DNA of 64,000 nucleotides from Candidatus Iainarchaeum sp. (GTDB lineage: Archaea > Iainarchaeota > Iainarchaeia > Iainarchaeales > GCA-2688035). Location of the stretch: contig JAFCCL010000008.1 in the NCBI GenBank assembly GCA_017610205.1, positions 29,932-93,931 of the forward strand, in the 5' to 3' direction. The first letter of the stretch is position 1. Every line of letters begins with the position of its first letter. Below are positions 1 to 10,354 of the stretch, piece after piece. The translations under genes and the position numbers were made by a program. The notes below the pieces were generated by a model, which was given only the letters and a program-made list of their open reading frames with translations, was not told where the DNA came from and searched no databases.

Positions 1-168
1 GGGCTTTCGCATTGTAACAAGCATTGAAATCAGTGTTGTTTTTCCTGCTCCGTTTGGCCCAAGCAATCCAAAAATAGTTCCCTTTTCAACAACAAGGCTT
101 ACTTTGTCAACAGCCTTTAATTCCTTGTAATTTTTGCTCAATTCCCTTGTTTCAATTGCTTTTGTCAT
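1..168 (-). CDS. ABC transporter ATP-binding protein (5' part; runs off the window)
   Basis: Manual translation [50 protein letters not shown], with Walker [10 protein letters not shown]. Not in the ORF track. Confidence 0.9.
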   Translation of the reverse strand, partial: MTKAIETRELSKNYKELKAVDKVSLVVEKGTIFGLLGPNGAGKTTLISMLVTMRKP

Positions 169-244
169 CACAAAATAAACTATAATTGGCTTTAAAACCA
201 TTTCCAAAAACCAGGTTGTGTTTTCGAAAGGTTTAAATATAAGG

Positions 245-283
245 TGTGATATATATCTAACATGGTGTTAAGTCATTCTAACA
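245..283. promoter_or_regulatory. Tandem operator-like dyads TGT(G/T)A-N8-TAACA downstream of a TTTAAATA TATA box
   Basis: TGTGA-N8-TAACA at 245-262 and TGTTA-N8-TAACA at 266-283, between the divergent ABC gene and the operon encoding an XRE HTH protein. Confidence 0.55.
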
Positions 284-318
284 TTATATTTTTGTTTGAA
301 TAAAATAGAGGTGAATTT

Positions 319-663
319 ATGAAGTGCACATTTTGGTATCTTGGTTTTCTTTCCCTGCTTAGCCTTTTATTTTTTGCCGAGGACAAGGTTGGCTTTTTGG
401 GTTTTCTTGGATTTATTTCGTTCTTTTCAGTGTATAAGATTAGTGACGAGATGCTGGAAGTAAACATTGGCAGGGCTTCAAGGAATGCTTTCCTTTTTGC
501 AATGTTTTTTGGCTCTGCTTCCCTTGCTTACTTGTATCTGACAAATGGCTTGGAGTTTCTTCAAATAGCGTTTGTGCTATTGTTTGGCGGAACTCTGCTG
601 GTTTGCCTGCTTTCCCTGTTTTATTACCAAAAGGTTGGGAAAGTGCATAGGACCAAAGATTAG
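319..663 (+). CDS. Small membrane protein (DUF3796/DUF2178-like)
   Basis: Four hydrophobic segments, GFLGFLGF motif, GAGGTGA RBS, adjacent to an XRE HTH gene. Confidence 0.7.
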   Translation: MKCTFWYLGFLSLLSLLFFAEDKVGFLGFLGFISFFSVYKISDEMLEVNIGRASRNAFLFAMFFGSASLAYLYLTNGLEFLQIAFVLLFGGTLLVCLLSLFYYQKVGKVHRTKD

Positions 664-790
664 GTTTGGGAAAATTGTATGAAGTCAAAGATTAGGTTTG
701 GGAAATTGCTTGAAGTCAAAGATTAGGTTTGGGAAATTGCTTGAAGTCAAAGATTAGGGCTGGAAAATTGCATGAAGTCAAAAATTAAGG
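654..790 (+). repeat. Tandem repeat, 31-32 bp x 4 plus a partial copy
   Basis: Units CAAAGATTAGGTTTGGGAAATTGCTTGAAGT start at 654, 686, 717 and 748, with no spacers. Confidence 0.95.
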
Positions 791-966
791 AGTTGAGGGC
801 AAGGTATAATTTGACTCAGGAAGATCTTGCCAAAAAAGTTGGCGTTCGAAGGGAAACAATTGTGTTTCTTGAAAAAGGAAAGTACAACCCTTCTCTGAGG
901 CTTGCCAACGATGTTGCAAAGGTCTTGAAAACAAGTGTTGATGACTTGTTTGAATTTGAAGAATAA
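772..966 (+). CDS. XRE-family helix-turn-helix transcriptional regulator
   Basis: [38 protein letters not shown] is a canonical HTH_3 pattern. Confidence 0.92.
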   Translation: MKSKIKELRARYNLTQEDLAKKVGVRRETIVFLEKGKYNPSLRLANDVAKVLKTSVDDLFEFEE

Positions 967-1079
967 GCAAAAGATTAAATTCATTTAACTGCCTAAATAT
1001 TTTAATCATTGCAAAAATCCTGAAAAAATCGCTTGCTGGAAGAGGCAAGTTCCCGGGAAAAGCAGACTATCTAAAGAAA

Positions 1080-1376
1080 TTGATTGAAAAACTATCTTCC
1101 GGCAAAATAATGCCTGTAAAGTTTGCTTCACAAAGAAGGCTGATTAAACACCAAGCGTTTTTGAAAAACCCAAACCTTAAGAGAAGGCCTGAGCATTTAA
1201 GAAGATTTCGGCTTAGGTATTTTGTTTTAAAGCTGCCAAACACTCTGGCAGAAAACAGCGCTGTTCAAAAAATTATTTCATCAAGGCACACTACTGACTA
1301 CATTGCAGCAACGAGGTTTTCAACCAATGCCTTGCAAGTAACACCAGAAGAAGAAAGACAAGGAAAACATCTTTGA
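1080..1376 (+). pseudogene. Basic hypothetical protein, probably degraded
   Basis: The frame is open upstream without an ATG, and protein-like reading continues in other frames to about 1575. Confidence 0.3.
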
Positions 1377-1649
1377 ATGGCCAAAAAGAAAGGGAAGCGG
1401 TTGTTAATATTTTGAATAGAATGCTTCTTTTGAATATTTCTGGCAAGGCAAAGGTTCAAATGTTGAAACAATTTCCTTTCACAGGCTGTCTGAATGCCTT
1501 CCAATTCTTGAATGGGCTGCCTTCCCAAACGAAAAGTTTTCTGAAAGTGTAATGGAAAAAGCGAGCAGGTGGTAAAAAAATAAAAGCTTTTGAGAAAAAG
1601 AAAAAATAAAAACCACCAAGGCAAAAAAGTATTTTTTTTTAAAAAAATA

Positions 1650-2180
1650 TCAGCCCATTATGAGTTCGTGTGAGTAATAGCTTTCTTCTGCGTATTCTGA
1701 AAGCATTTCAGCATGACCTTTTTCAAATTCTGCCAAGGCCTTGAAAAATTGTTTTGCACGCGCATCCTTTACTTTTTCTGCAATTCCTGTATAAAATTCC
1801 TGTGCCTGTTTTTCTTTCCACAATGCAAAAAGGACTGCTGTTAACTCCTCCAGGTCTTCTTTGTCCCAGTCTTTTTTTGCAAAAATTTTTGGTCTTTCCT
1901 TTCCTGAAAGCTCTGGTTTAATCCATTTTTCTTCCTTTTCCAAAGACTCTTTCAAAGAATTTATTGCTTCAAGGTGGGCTTTTTCCTGGTTTGCAAGAAA
2001 CCTGAAAAACGCTTCCCTCTCAGTTCCAATTGCCTTTTCTGCCTGTGCAGAGTAGAACGAAATGCTTTCCTGTTCAATTCCTAATGCAATTCCAATTCCT
2101 TTTGCCGCTTCCAAACCACTCTCTGAGCCAATTTGTTCAAGTGCTTTTTCAAGCTCTTTGGAGCCAATTGCTTTTTCCAT
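1650..2180 (-). CDS. Ferritin/rubrerythrin-like diiron protein
   Basis: Two E...FY / LAxxExxH pairs (EQESISFY...LANQEKAH; EKQAQEFY...LAEFEKGH). Confidence 0.85.
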   Translation of the reverse strand: MEKAIGSKELEKALEQIGSESGLEAAKGIGIALGIEQESISFYSAQAEKAIGTEREAFFRFLANQEKAHLEAINSLKESLEKEEKWIKPELSGKERPKIFAKKDWDKEDLEELTAVLFALWKEKQAQEFYTGIAEKVKDARAKQFFKALAEFEKGHAEMLSEYAEESYYSHELIMG

Positions 2181-2320
2181 TATTTATTCTAAGTTCAACC
2201 ATCTATTTTATTGTTCCTGCCATTTCTTTCCCTTTTTAAAGCTTTAGGGTACCCCATTATTGTATTCACCTGCTGCAAAATAGCGGGTGTTTTAATCAAA
2301 AAAAAGGTGAAAAAATTCAA

Positions 2321-2491
2321 ATGAGTGACGATAAATTTGGCAGAGAAATGCATAAGGTAAATTGTTCAGATTGCGGAAAAGAAACAGAAGTTCCTTTCAA
2401 GCCTGATGGAGACAGACCTGTATACTGCCGAGACTGCTATCAAAAGCACAAAAAGCCTTCTTTCAATAGAGGCGGAAGAGACCGATACTGA
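2321..2491 (+). CDS. CxxC-x17-CxxC zinc-ribbon protein (56 aa)
   Basis: Manual translation MSDDKFGREMHKVNCSDCGKETEVPFKPDGDRPVYCRDCYQKHKKPSFNRGGRDRY, with AGGTGA RBS. Below the ORF-track cutoff. Confidence 0.9.
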   Translation: MSDDKFGREMHKVNCSDCGKETEVPFKPDGDRPVYCRDCYQKHKKPSFNRGGRDRY

Positions 2492-2623
2492 TTTTTAAAA
2501 AAATCAATTTCAAAAAATTCTTCAAATTTGTTTCTAATTCTTTTTTTTTTAATTTTACAACAGCCGCAGGCACTGCCTTTTGAAAAAAAGGGTTTTAAAG
2601 GATTAAAGCTGTAAATTGTTTTT

Positions 2624-3127
2624 ATGGTTAAGGTGGAAGAACCTGAAAAGAAGAATTCGTTTGTTGTTGCTGTTGTTTCTTTATTTTTTGTCGGCATTGG
2701 CTTTGCTTACTTGGGGCATTATAAGCGGTTTGCTTCAGGTCTTTTAAGCGCTTTTATTATTGTGTTTTTAACTTTTACATTTGTTCGAAGCTTTGGAATT
2801 TTTTTTGATGCACTGGTTGGAAGATTTTTTATTTTCATTATAGTGTTTTCATTTTGGGCGTATATTGCTTATTTAACAAAAGAACTTTGTGACCTGGAGA
2901 ATTCAGGAAAGCCTGCTGAGGACACTTTCGAGTTTTGGGTGTTAAAAAAATCAAAAGCTGAAAAAATCAAGGAAGGGGAGCAGGAAACCACTAAAAAAGG
3001 CCCTAGCTTTCTTGCACTAATAGTCAGTACTTTAATTGCGGTGCTTGTTTTGTTTCTTGCCGGGCCAGTTGCAGCCTTGTTTTCATTTGCAATAATGCTT
3101 GCTTTAACTTACTGGGGCTCAATCTAA
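2624..3127 (+). CDS. Hypothetical membrane protein
   Basis: Several TM segments; the N-terminal SLFFVGIGFAYLG motif is TM2-like. Confidence 0.7.
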   Translation: MVKVEEPEKKNSFVVAVVSLFFVGIGFAYLGHYKRFASGLLSAFIIVFLTFTFVRSFGIFFDALVGRFFIFIIVFSFWAYIAYLTKELCDLENSGKPAEDTFEFWVLKKSKAEKIKEGEQETTKKGPSFLALIVSTLIAVLVLFLAGPVAALFSFAIMLALTYWGSI

Positions 3128-3154
3128 TTCTAATAGTTTTTTTCCCCAAGTTTT

Positions 3155-3349
3155 TCATTTCTGTTGTATTGACACCCACTTTTTGCCATCCCATTTGTGA
3201 CTTGCACCGACTACTCCATGTCCCTTGGCTCCGCGGGCAGTTCCTAAAATAATGGTGTGGTGTGGCCCCTCTCCAACATATCCCATCGCGCGGCTGTGTG
3301 GAAGCTGCACTCTTTCGCCTGGCCTTGGTCGCCTATGTATAGTGGGCAT
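3155..3349 (-). CDS. Small basic hypothetical protein
   Basis: ATG-initiated 64 aa ORF filling the intergenic gap. Confidence 0.5.
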   Translation of the reverse strand: MPTIHRRPRPGERVQLPHSRAMGYVGEGPHHTIILGTARGAKGHGVVGASHKWDGKKWVSIQQK

Positions 3350-3420
3350 ATCAGAAACATCAACAGCTTAGCAGTATTTATTAGTTTGTTTGTTTTCCCT
3401 TGGAATCGTTTTCTGTTTTT

Positions 3421-3966
3421 TTAGCAGTGTGCGAATTTGAATTCGGCAGGCTTTCTAAAGCCCCTTTTTAGCAGAATGTCTCTTTCTTTTAGAAGACAGC
3501 TTCTGTTGTGGGCTATTGCCTTGTTTAGTTTTCCGTTTTCCCATGCCTGCATGCAAAGCAGGCCGTTGTCGTTGAAGGGGTCGCCGTACTGCGGAATGCT
3601 GAGCTGTTTGACTGCTGTTTTTTTTGCCTCGAATTTTTCTTTGTTTAACTCTCTTTCAAACAAAAACCTTTCCTTTAGGTTGTGAAACAAAACTCCCATT
3701 TCGAAATCGCAGTTGAATGCATGAAATGGCTTTGTTAAATTGCTTAATACTGTGGAAAGCCTTTTCTTTAATTTTGTTAAGTCTCTGGTGTTTTGGGCTG
3801 TAAGAATTCTTAGCTCTTGTCTGTTAATGTATCCAAAAATTACCGGTTCAATACTGGAGTACTGCCTTGAATCGCTGAAACCTTTGGAAAAGCCTCCAAT
3901 TGTTTCAATGTCAATAATTGTCCCGTCAAAACCAAACTCGTTTTTTTCACAATGCTCCAAAATCAT
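3421..3966 (-). CDS. RNase H-fold DnaQ/YprB-like exonuclease
   Basis: IIDIETIG (ExoI), AFNCDFE (ExoII-like) and HNRSCL C-terminal motif. Start moved to the internal ATG. Confidence 0.7.
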   Translation of the reverse strand: MILEHCEKNEFGFDGTIIDIETIGGFSKGFSDSRQYSSIEPVIFGYINRQELRILTAQNTRDLTKLKKRLSTVLSNLTKPFHAFNCDFEMGVLFHNLKERFLFERELNKEKFEAKKTAVKQLSIPQYGDPFNDNGLLCMQAWENGKLNKAIAHNRSCLLKERDILLKRGFRKPAEFKFAHC

Positions 3967-4078
3967 TCTGCAACCACTATTAACCAAAAGAGTCAAGGGG
4001 TTTAAAAACAATTTTGTGAGCAGGTTTCCGGTGAAAACTTATTTGTTTAAATAACTCTTTTTACACTAATTGTCTGCA

Positions 4079-4426
4079 ATGCTTTCTAAAAAAAGAAGAT
4101 CTGTAAGAAAAGCTACTGTTTTGGCTCGGTATGAACTGCTAAAAAAAAGGAAGGAAAAGAAACTCAGAAGCCAGATAAAGGAATTAAAGTCAAAAATTGT
4201 TCAAAATGAAATAATAAGAGACCTGCTCTCAAAAACAAGCGACTTGTTTAAAGAAGGTCAAATAGATCCAGTACTAGTGAAAGACCCTGCAATCAACGAA
4301 AGGATAAAATATTCCAAAAGAAAATTGCAGAAACTGGTCTTGGACAAAGGCGCACAACAAGCAAGGCAGGAAACTGCCCTCAAAAGAAAACAAAGGCAAT
4401 TGGAAGTGCTTAAGAAGAAAAAGTGA
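4079..4426 (+). CDS. Basic coiled-coil hypothetical protein
   Basis: K/R-rich helical ORF with an upstream TTTAAATA box. Confidence 0.6.
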   Translation: MLSKKRRSVRKATVLARYELLKKRKEKKLRSQIKELKSKIVQNEIIRDLLSKTSDLFKEGQIDPVLVKDPAINERIKYSKRKLQKLVLDKGAQQARQETALKRKQRQLEVLKKKK

Positions 4427-4803
4427 TTATTTCTTGTAGACAAACAAATGAGTCTGCGTTTTTTTTTTTACTTCAAAACCGTTTTGTTCGGCTGCCTTTT
4501 CAATAATTGACTCCTGCCGTTGTCTTCGTTTTCTTGACCTCTTACTTTTTACTTCAAAATGCTGTTGTTTTAGGGCAAACCTGAAAGAAATTGCTTTTTT
4601 TCAGTTCCTTCCCTCGCACTTATCAGGTCTGTGAATACCGTGTAAATTATTTTATGATTTTCTTGGCGGTAATATGACAACATATGCTGAGTAAAAGAAG
4701 AAAGCGCCTTAAAAGTCCTTTTCGCATGGTTCTTTTTCAATAACCTAAAAAACTGTTTTTTTGGCGACAAGATTAAATTCTTTGAAACCCTTAATTACTT
4801 TGC

Positions 4804-5145
4804 ATGGTTCAAAGACCTACTGTGAAAAAGCCAAATTTAAGTCGCTTTACCTGCGAAGTACGGCCTTGTAGTATTGTTAAGCCGACTTTCATAACTATCA
4901 ATCCAGAGGGAAGGCTTTTTATTCACAAACCTAATGGGGCGCCTTACACTGTAGAACTTGGAAAACACAAAGGAAAAAATGTTGCAGTTTACAACTTTCG
5001 CAAAGGGGTCACAATTGTAAATCCTGAGAACAGCAAAGTGCTTGATTTTATTCCATACGCAAAAATTCCTACTCCTCCCAGTACAGTAAATCCCTGGACT
5101 TATGCTAATCTCAAAAAGCAAAAACAACACGAAAAAACGCGTTAA
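4804..5145 (+). CDS. Hypothetical protein
   Basis: ATG ORF of 113 aa with an upstream TATA-like element. Confidence 0.55.
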   Translation: MVQRPTVKKPNLSRFTCEVRPCSIVKPTFITINPEGRLFIHKPNGAPYTVELGKHKGKNVAVYNFRKGVTIVNPENSKVLDFIPYAKIPTPPSTVNPWTYANLKKQKQHEKTR

Positions 5146-5172
5146 AAAAAGGCATTTAAAGTAAATGTCCAC

Positions 5173-5211
5173 TCAAGAAAACTAACATCAAGAGCAGCAG
5201 GGAATGAATGG
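5173..5211 (+). repeat. Dispersed 39-bp direct repeat, copy 1
   Basis: TCAAGAAAACTAACATCAAGAGCAGCAGGGAATGAATGG; 36/39 identical to 10355-10393. Confidence 0.9.
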
Positions 5212-5325
5212 TGTGGGATTGGAGGACAGGAGGGAGAATCTGATTGAAGAATAAGTAAAAAGGTTTTCTTGGGAAGATTCCTGAAAAAGGAAAGGAATAA
5301 AGAGATTTTCAGGGTGAAAATCATA

Positions 5326-7977
5326 ATGGATTTAGATAATGAAAAACAACAGATTATCGATTGTGAGGGCAATGTTCTTGTTACAGCCAATCCTGGTACT
5401 GGAAAGACCTTTTTGCTGGCCTGCAAGTATGTTGATTTGATTCAAAAGGGTCTGAAGTCTGAGGAAATCCTTTGTCTGACTTTTACCAACAAAGCAAAGT
5501 CTGAGATGGAGGGAGGTATTATTGAAATGCTAAAAAAGGAAGGCATTGAAATTGATTTAGCAAAATTGAACGTTTTTACCTTTCATTCCTATGCTTTGGA
5601 TGCTATTGGAGAACAAGGAATTATTTCGGCAAACCTTTTGCGTTACTCTATTTATCGTTATTTGAAGGGAAACAAGGTTCTCAATTATGGAGATGAATAC
5701 TTGCTGAGTACCATCGTCCCAAAAATGGACAATTTATTACGGTACCTTAAAAACTTTGGAATTCTTCCAGAAAAAATTGATGTTGCTGCTTCAAAAGTAT
5801 TTTTGGAGGACGGCAAAAAATTCAACAAAGAAGATCTTGAAGCTTTTCTGGAAGAATTTGTTAAAATCTTTCAAGATTATGAAAAAAAGAAAAAAGACCG
5901 TGGTTTAGACTATGCTGATCTTTTAATAGAGTTTTTGAACCTTCACAAAATTGAAAAATTCAAATACACTCTTGTAGATGAACTACAGGACGTGAATACA
6001 ATTGAAGCAGACCTTGTTTTGAATTCCACTGAAAAATTTATGGTTGTAGGGGACCAAAAACAAGCAATTTTTGGATTCCAAGGAGGTTCAATATTAAACT
6101 TTGAAAAATTTAAGAACTCAGAAAAGTTTGTTCTTTCAGCTAATAGGAGAAGTACTGATCAAATTCTTGATTTTGCAAAAGAATTCTTTTCTTCAAAAAC
6201 ATCCAACGACAAATACAAGGAAGTACTTTCAAACCTTCACAGTTTTGAAAACAAAAAGGGTTCAAAGCCCAAAATAGTTGAAGTAAAAGAAAATCTTCAG
6301 GCGGAAACAGCTGCTTTGGTAAAAGAACTAATGAAAACAGAAACAAAAATAGCAGTAATTGCAAGAACAAACTCTCAAATAATGGCCCTTTCAAAAGAAT
6401 TCACAAATCAGGGAATAGAGCATTCCTCAACACACTTTTCTGCCTCAATTGAAGCAAAACAAAACATTATCTCTTTTATGAGAGGAATATTTACTTCACA
6501 AGTAGAGTATGTCAAAAACTCAATGTTTACTCCCTTCTTTCCAATTCCCTTACACACTGCTTTTGAACTAGCAGGCAAGAGAAAGCTTTCAATTGAAGAC
6601 ATTCTTGAAAAAGCACCGGAATTCAAAAAACTCCGCGAAAGCGTTTCAGGAACAGAAGAAATACATCTTCTATTTAAAGAAAAAATCATTCCACTATCAA
6701 TAACTTACGGCAAAGAATACCTTTTTGCCGCACTAAGTTTACAAGACGCCTGCTCTGAAGCACTGCGACTGCTTGAAGAAAAAACACTTGAAGCATTTTC
6801 AGCATACCTTGAATCATCCGATCTTTTAGCACAAGAATCAGATACAGAACAAAAAGTTGTGTTAACCTCAATTCACAAATCAAAAGGAAAACAATTTGAT
6901 ACGGTTGTATACGTTCCAAAAAAGACAAAAAATACCTCCAGCTTTCAGGATACCGTAGTTGAAGCAATCCTCAAATCACACGGAATCAACGCGGTGGAAG
7001 AACTTGAAGAGGAAAGTCTGAGAGCAGACTTTGTTGCCATAACTCGTGCAAAAAAACAACTCTTTGTTTTAACTGACAAGCTCTCAAATTACCTTAATAC
7101 TTTTGCTGAAACAGTAGAGCCCTCCAAAACACCCTCTGCCGCACAAGAATTTGACGAAGTAGAAAAACGTGCCTACAACCTTTTCCTAAACCACGAATAT
7201 GACAAAGCAAAGGAATTGCTTGAAGAACACAAACCATGGCTAAAAGACTTTGTAAAAAAACATTTTGAAGGTCTTGATAGGGTTTCCTTTTCTGCCTTAA
7301 AAGATTCTCCTTACAATTATTTTCATGACCGAATTCTAAACATTCAAAAGCCTTCTCCTGCTCTAAACATTGGAAGTAAAGTGCACAACATTGCTGAAAA
7401 AATGCTTAAAGGAGCCGAGTTTCAGGTTTCACCTGAAGTAAAGCCCTTTGTTGATAATGTTCAAACAGTGATTGCGGACATCCAAAAAAATTATCCTGAT
7501 GTTGTTGATGCTGAGCTCAAAATAGATTTGCCTCTTTCCAAAATAATTGAAACAGATGACGACATTCGCTTCAGGGGAGTAATTGACGGTATCTTCAAAA
7601 AAGGAGATTCTTTTCTTTTAGTGGATTGGAAAACAGACATTGACACAAACAGGGCTTCAGAACACAGGCAGCAGCTTGCAGTTTACCAAAAAGTCTTTTC
7701 TCTCTCCAAAAACATTCCTCTTGCAAACATCAAGGTCGCAATAGGGTTTGTCGGAATCCGTAACAGAATCAACGACGGCGCAATCAACCCAGAACTGGAC
7801 ACAAGACAGCCAGGTCCAACATCATTCAACACAATCTCAAAAAAACTCCAAAAATTCTTGGAATGGAAAAACAACACAGAAACATTCTTTGAAGAACTAA
7901 AAGAACAAAAAGTAGACAATGTGCTGTGGAGGAGTTTGGTGGAGGAATATGGAAGAGAAGGAGACGAAAGGGGTTAG
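5326..7977 (+). CDS. UvrD/Rep SF1 helicase fused to a C-terminal PD-(D/E)XK nuclease (AddA/RecB-like)
   Basis: ANPGTGKT, LVDELQD, VGDQKQAIFGFQG, NRRS, SIHKSKGKQF, FVAITRAK, then GVIDGIF...VDWKT...QLAVY. GGTGA RBS before ATG 5326. Confidence 0.92.
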   Translation: MDLDNEKQQIIDCEGNVLVTANPGTGKTFLLACKYVDLIQKGLKSEEILCLTFTNKAKSEMEGGIIEMLKKEGIEIDLAKLNVFTFHSYALDAIGEQGIISANLLRYSIYRYLKGNKVLNYGDEYLLSTIVPKMDNLLRYLKNFGILPEKIDVAASKVFLEDGKKFNKEDLEAFLEEFVKIFQDYEKKKKDRGLDYADLLIEFLNLHKIEKFKYTLVDELQDVNTIEADLVLNSTEKFMVVGDQKQAIFGFQGGSILNFEKFKNSEKFVLSANRRSTDQILDFAKEFFSSKTSNDKYKEVLSNLHSFENKKGSKPKIVEVKENLQAETAALVKELMKTETKIAVIARTNSQIMALSKEFTNQGIEHSSTHFSASIEAKQNIISFMRGIFTSQVEYVKNSMFTPFFPIPLHTAFELAGKRKLSIEDILEKAPEFKKLRESVSGTEEIHLLFKEKIIPLSITYGKEYLFAALSLQDACSEALRLLEEKTLEAFSAYLESSDLLAQESDTEQKVVLTSIHKSKGKQFDTVVYVPKKTKNTSSFQDTVVEAILKSHGINAVEELEEESLRADFVAITRAKKQLFVLTDKLSNYLNTFAETVEPSKTPSAAQEFDEVEKRAYNLFLNHEYDKAKELLEEHKPWLKDFVKKHFEGLDRVSFSALKDSPYNYFHDRILNIQKPSPALNIGSKVHNIAEKMLKGAEFQVSPEVKPFVDNVQTVIADIQKNYPDVVDAELKIDLPLSKIIETDDDIRFRGVIDGIFKKGDSFLLVDWKTDIDTNRASEHRQQLAVYQKVFSLSKNIPLANIKVAIGFVGIRNRINDGAINPELDTRQPGPTSFNTISKKLQKFLEWKNNTETFFEELKEQKVDNVLWRSLVEEYGREGDERG

Positions 7978-8045
7978 ATCGGTGATAGCTTTTGTGTAAG
8001 TACTCGGTTCTGTGTAAGTATTCGCAAGGTTGTGTCAATTTAATG

Positions 8046-8936
8046 CTAGGTTTTTATTTTTTTGGGGTAAGGTTTTAACCAAGAATACAATTTGAATTCA
8101 GAACTCTGTGACCCCCAAGGTTTACACAAACTTTTCTCTAAAATAATCTTTTTACCTCTTGATTTAACATATTGAATAATTTTCGGAAGTTTTTCTTTCT
8201 GCAATTCAATAATTGTTCCATTCATTAGATTAGTAAATACTGCTGGAATATCATTAACCAAGAATTGTCCTTCGCCAAAGTGTCCACGAATTATCAATTT
8301 TGGCTTTATCAAACTTACTCTAGGTAAGTTTTTCTGCTCACAATGAGTTATAACAACATCAACTTTACTTTGAAATAAGTCTATAAAAGAATTAATTGTT
8401 CGAAGATAATGACTCTCTTTAAATCCAAGTCCTAAAAAAGTAGTGCCAGCTATATTAGTAATTTTTCCAGAAATTTCTTCGCAGTTTGCAATTTCATTTA
8501 TTTTTCTAACAATATAATCTCCTTCAAAATCACTGTCGTGATCTCCCTTAACTACTAGAACTTTTGATTTTTTTCCCGCGTATTTCAAAAAATCATAAAA
8601 TTTGTCAACATGCATTCTTTTCCGATTCTCTAAGAACGCGTTGGTATGTTCATATTTTTTAATTAGACCTTGTACAGAATCTAAGAAATCACTCATTATA
8701 CTATTCCTACTTCCGCTATATGTGCCATTCGCCGCTTGGGTAATGTTCATTTTCTTCATTAGAGTTTTTTTTTCTTTCTGAAATTCAGGTATTTCTATAA
8801 CTGCTTTCTTCCAAAAAGATGCAAATCCATCTGAAGTTAAATCGCCAGCTAAAGCAACAACATCTGGTTTAATTTCATCTAGCAAATCTTTTTGTTTATC
8901 CCATTCTACAACATCTGAAAATACGAGAATCTTCAT
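8046..8936 (-). CDS. Calcineurin-like metallophosphoesterase
   Basis: ILVFSD, AGDL, KGDHD, ITH and GHF motifs, with a helical insertion between motifs II and III. Confidence 0.75.
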   Translation of the reverse strand: MKILVFSDVVEWDKQKDLLDEIKPDVVALAGDLTSDGFASFWKKAVIEIPEFQKEKKTLMKKMNITQAANGTYSGSRNSIMSDFLDSVQGLIKKYEHTNAFLENRKRMHVDKFYDFLKYAGKKSKVLVVKGDHDSDFEGDYIVRKINEIANCEEISGKITNIAGTTFLGLGFKESHYLRTINSFIDLFQSKVDVVITHCEQKNLPRVSLIKPKLIIRGHFGEGQFLVNDIPAVFTNLMNGTIIELQKEKLPKIIQYVKSRGKKIILEKSLCKPWGSQSSEFKLYSWLKPYPKKIKT

Positions 8937-9073
8937 AGGATATATCTTTCCAAACAGGCTGTTTACAATTTTGCATTTTTTTCGTATTAATTATTATTAG
9001 CTCTTTCTTGGCTTTGATATAAAACAATATTAAATGAAAAGACTGTAAAAAGCTTTTGGAGATAAAATTTATT

Positions 9074-10267
9074 ATGACAATCTATTCCCATTCCCGCCTT
9101 GGCTCTTTTGAGTCCTGTCCAAAAAAGTTTTACTTTTCTTATATTGAAAAGCCCAGAATTGAGTACAGGGAGGGTGTTGAGGCTTTTATGGGCAAGCGTG
9201 TTCATGAAACCCTTGAAAAGCTTTATTCTGACCTTAGGGTAACAAAGTTTAATTCTTTGAAGGATTTGCTTTCCTTTTACGAAAAAGACTGGAAAAAGAA
9301 TTGGACTGATTCAATCATAATAGTAAAAAAGGGATTGAAGCAAAAGCACTATTTTGACCTTGGCAAAAAATGTGTTGAACAATATTATGCAAGGCACAAG
9401 CCTTTTGATGCAGATAAAACAATTGCCTGTGAGAAAAGGGTTGTTTTTTCTCTTGACAAAGGGGGAAAGTACAAAATGCAGGGCTATATTGACAGGCTAA
9501 CAGAAGAGTCTCCAGGCCATTACGTTATTCACGACTATAAGACCAATGGAGCCTTGCCAATGCAGGACTATTTTGACCAGGACAGACAGCTTGCATTGTA
9601 TAGTATTGCTGTTTACAACGATTTCAAAGACTGTGAGGATGTAAACCTTTGCTGGCATTATCTTGCCTTTGACAAAGACCTTTTTAGCAAGAGAACAGAA
9701 AACCAGCTTGAAGGATTGAAAAAAGAAACGATTGCATTAATTCAAACAATTGAAAAAGCGGAGGAAAAAGGCGAGTTTCCAACAAAGGAGTCAAGATTGT
9801 GCGATTGGTGCTCTTACCAAGAACTCTGTCCTGCAAAAAAACACGGAGCAAAGGTTGAAAAGCTTCCTGTGAAAAAATTCAAAAAAGACGAAGGAGTAAA
9901 GCTGGTAAACAAATTTGTTAAACTCAGCGGAAAACTGAAAGAAACAGAAATAGAACTTGACGAACTAAAAGAAAACGTTTTTGCCTATGCAGAACAATTT
10001 GGATTGGAAAAGATTATTGGAAAAAAAGCAGCACTCAAAATAAGCAAAACATATAGCTACTCGTTTGCAGGACTAGGAAAAGAAGAAAAAGAAGAATTGA
10101 TAGGAATTCTAAAAAAGGAAAAATTGCTCAAAAAGTTTTTGACGTTTGACACAAGGGCGTTGGGAAGTGCGGTGGTGAAAGAAGAATTAGGGAAAGGGAT
10201 AATTAAGGAAGTTAAAGAGTTTGGGAAGGAAAAGGAAAGTAAAGGTGTTAGGTTGGTGGGGAAATAG
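9074..10267 (+). CDS. RecB-family PD-(D/E)XK exonuclease with a Cas4/AddB-like Cys set
   Basis: YSHSRL...CPKKF, GKRVHETLE, GYIDRL, HDYKT, QLALY, CDWCSYQELCP. Confidence 0.9.
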   Translation: MTIYSHSRLGSFESCPKKFYFSYIEKPRIEYREGVEAFMGKRVHETLEKLYSDLRVTKFNSLKDLLSFYEKDWKKNWTDSIIIVKKGLKQKHYFDLGKKCVEQYYARHKPFDADKTIACEKRVVFSLDKGGKYKMQGYIDRLTEESPGHYVIHDYKTNGALPMQDYFDQDRQLALYSIAVYNDFKDCEDVNLCWHYLAFDKDLFSKRTENQLEGLKKETIALIQTIEKAEEKGEFPTKESRLCDWCSYQELCPAKKHGAKVEKLPVKKFKKDEGVKLVNKFVKLSGKLKETEIELDELKENVFAYAEQFGLEKIIGKKAALKISKTYSYSFAGLGKEEKEELIGILKKEKLLKKFLTFDTRALGSAVVKEELGKGIIKEVKEFGKEKESKGVRLVGK

Positions 10268-10354
10268 GTTTTAAACTTCCTCAAACAATTCTTCTCCACC
10301 CTGTTCCTAGTATGCCATATCACATACTTCCTAGGAAAACACAACAACATTCAA

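Noticed and set aside
654-790. CRISPR array
   Set aside because: The repeats are contiguous with no unique spacers.
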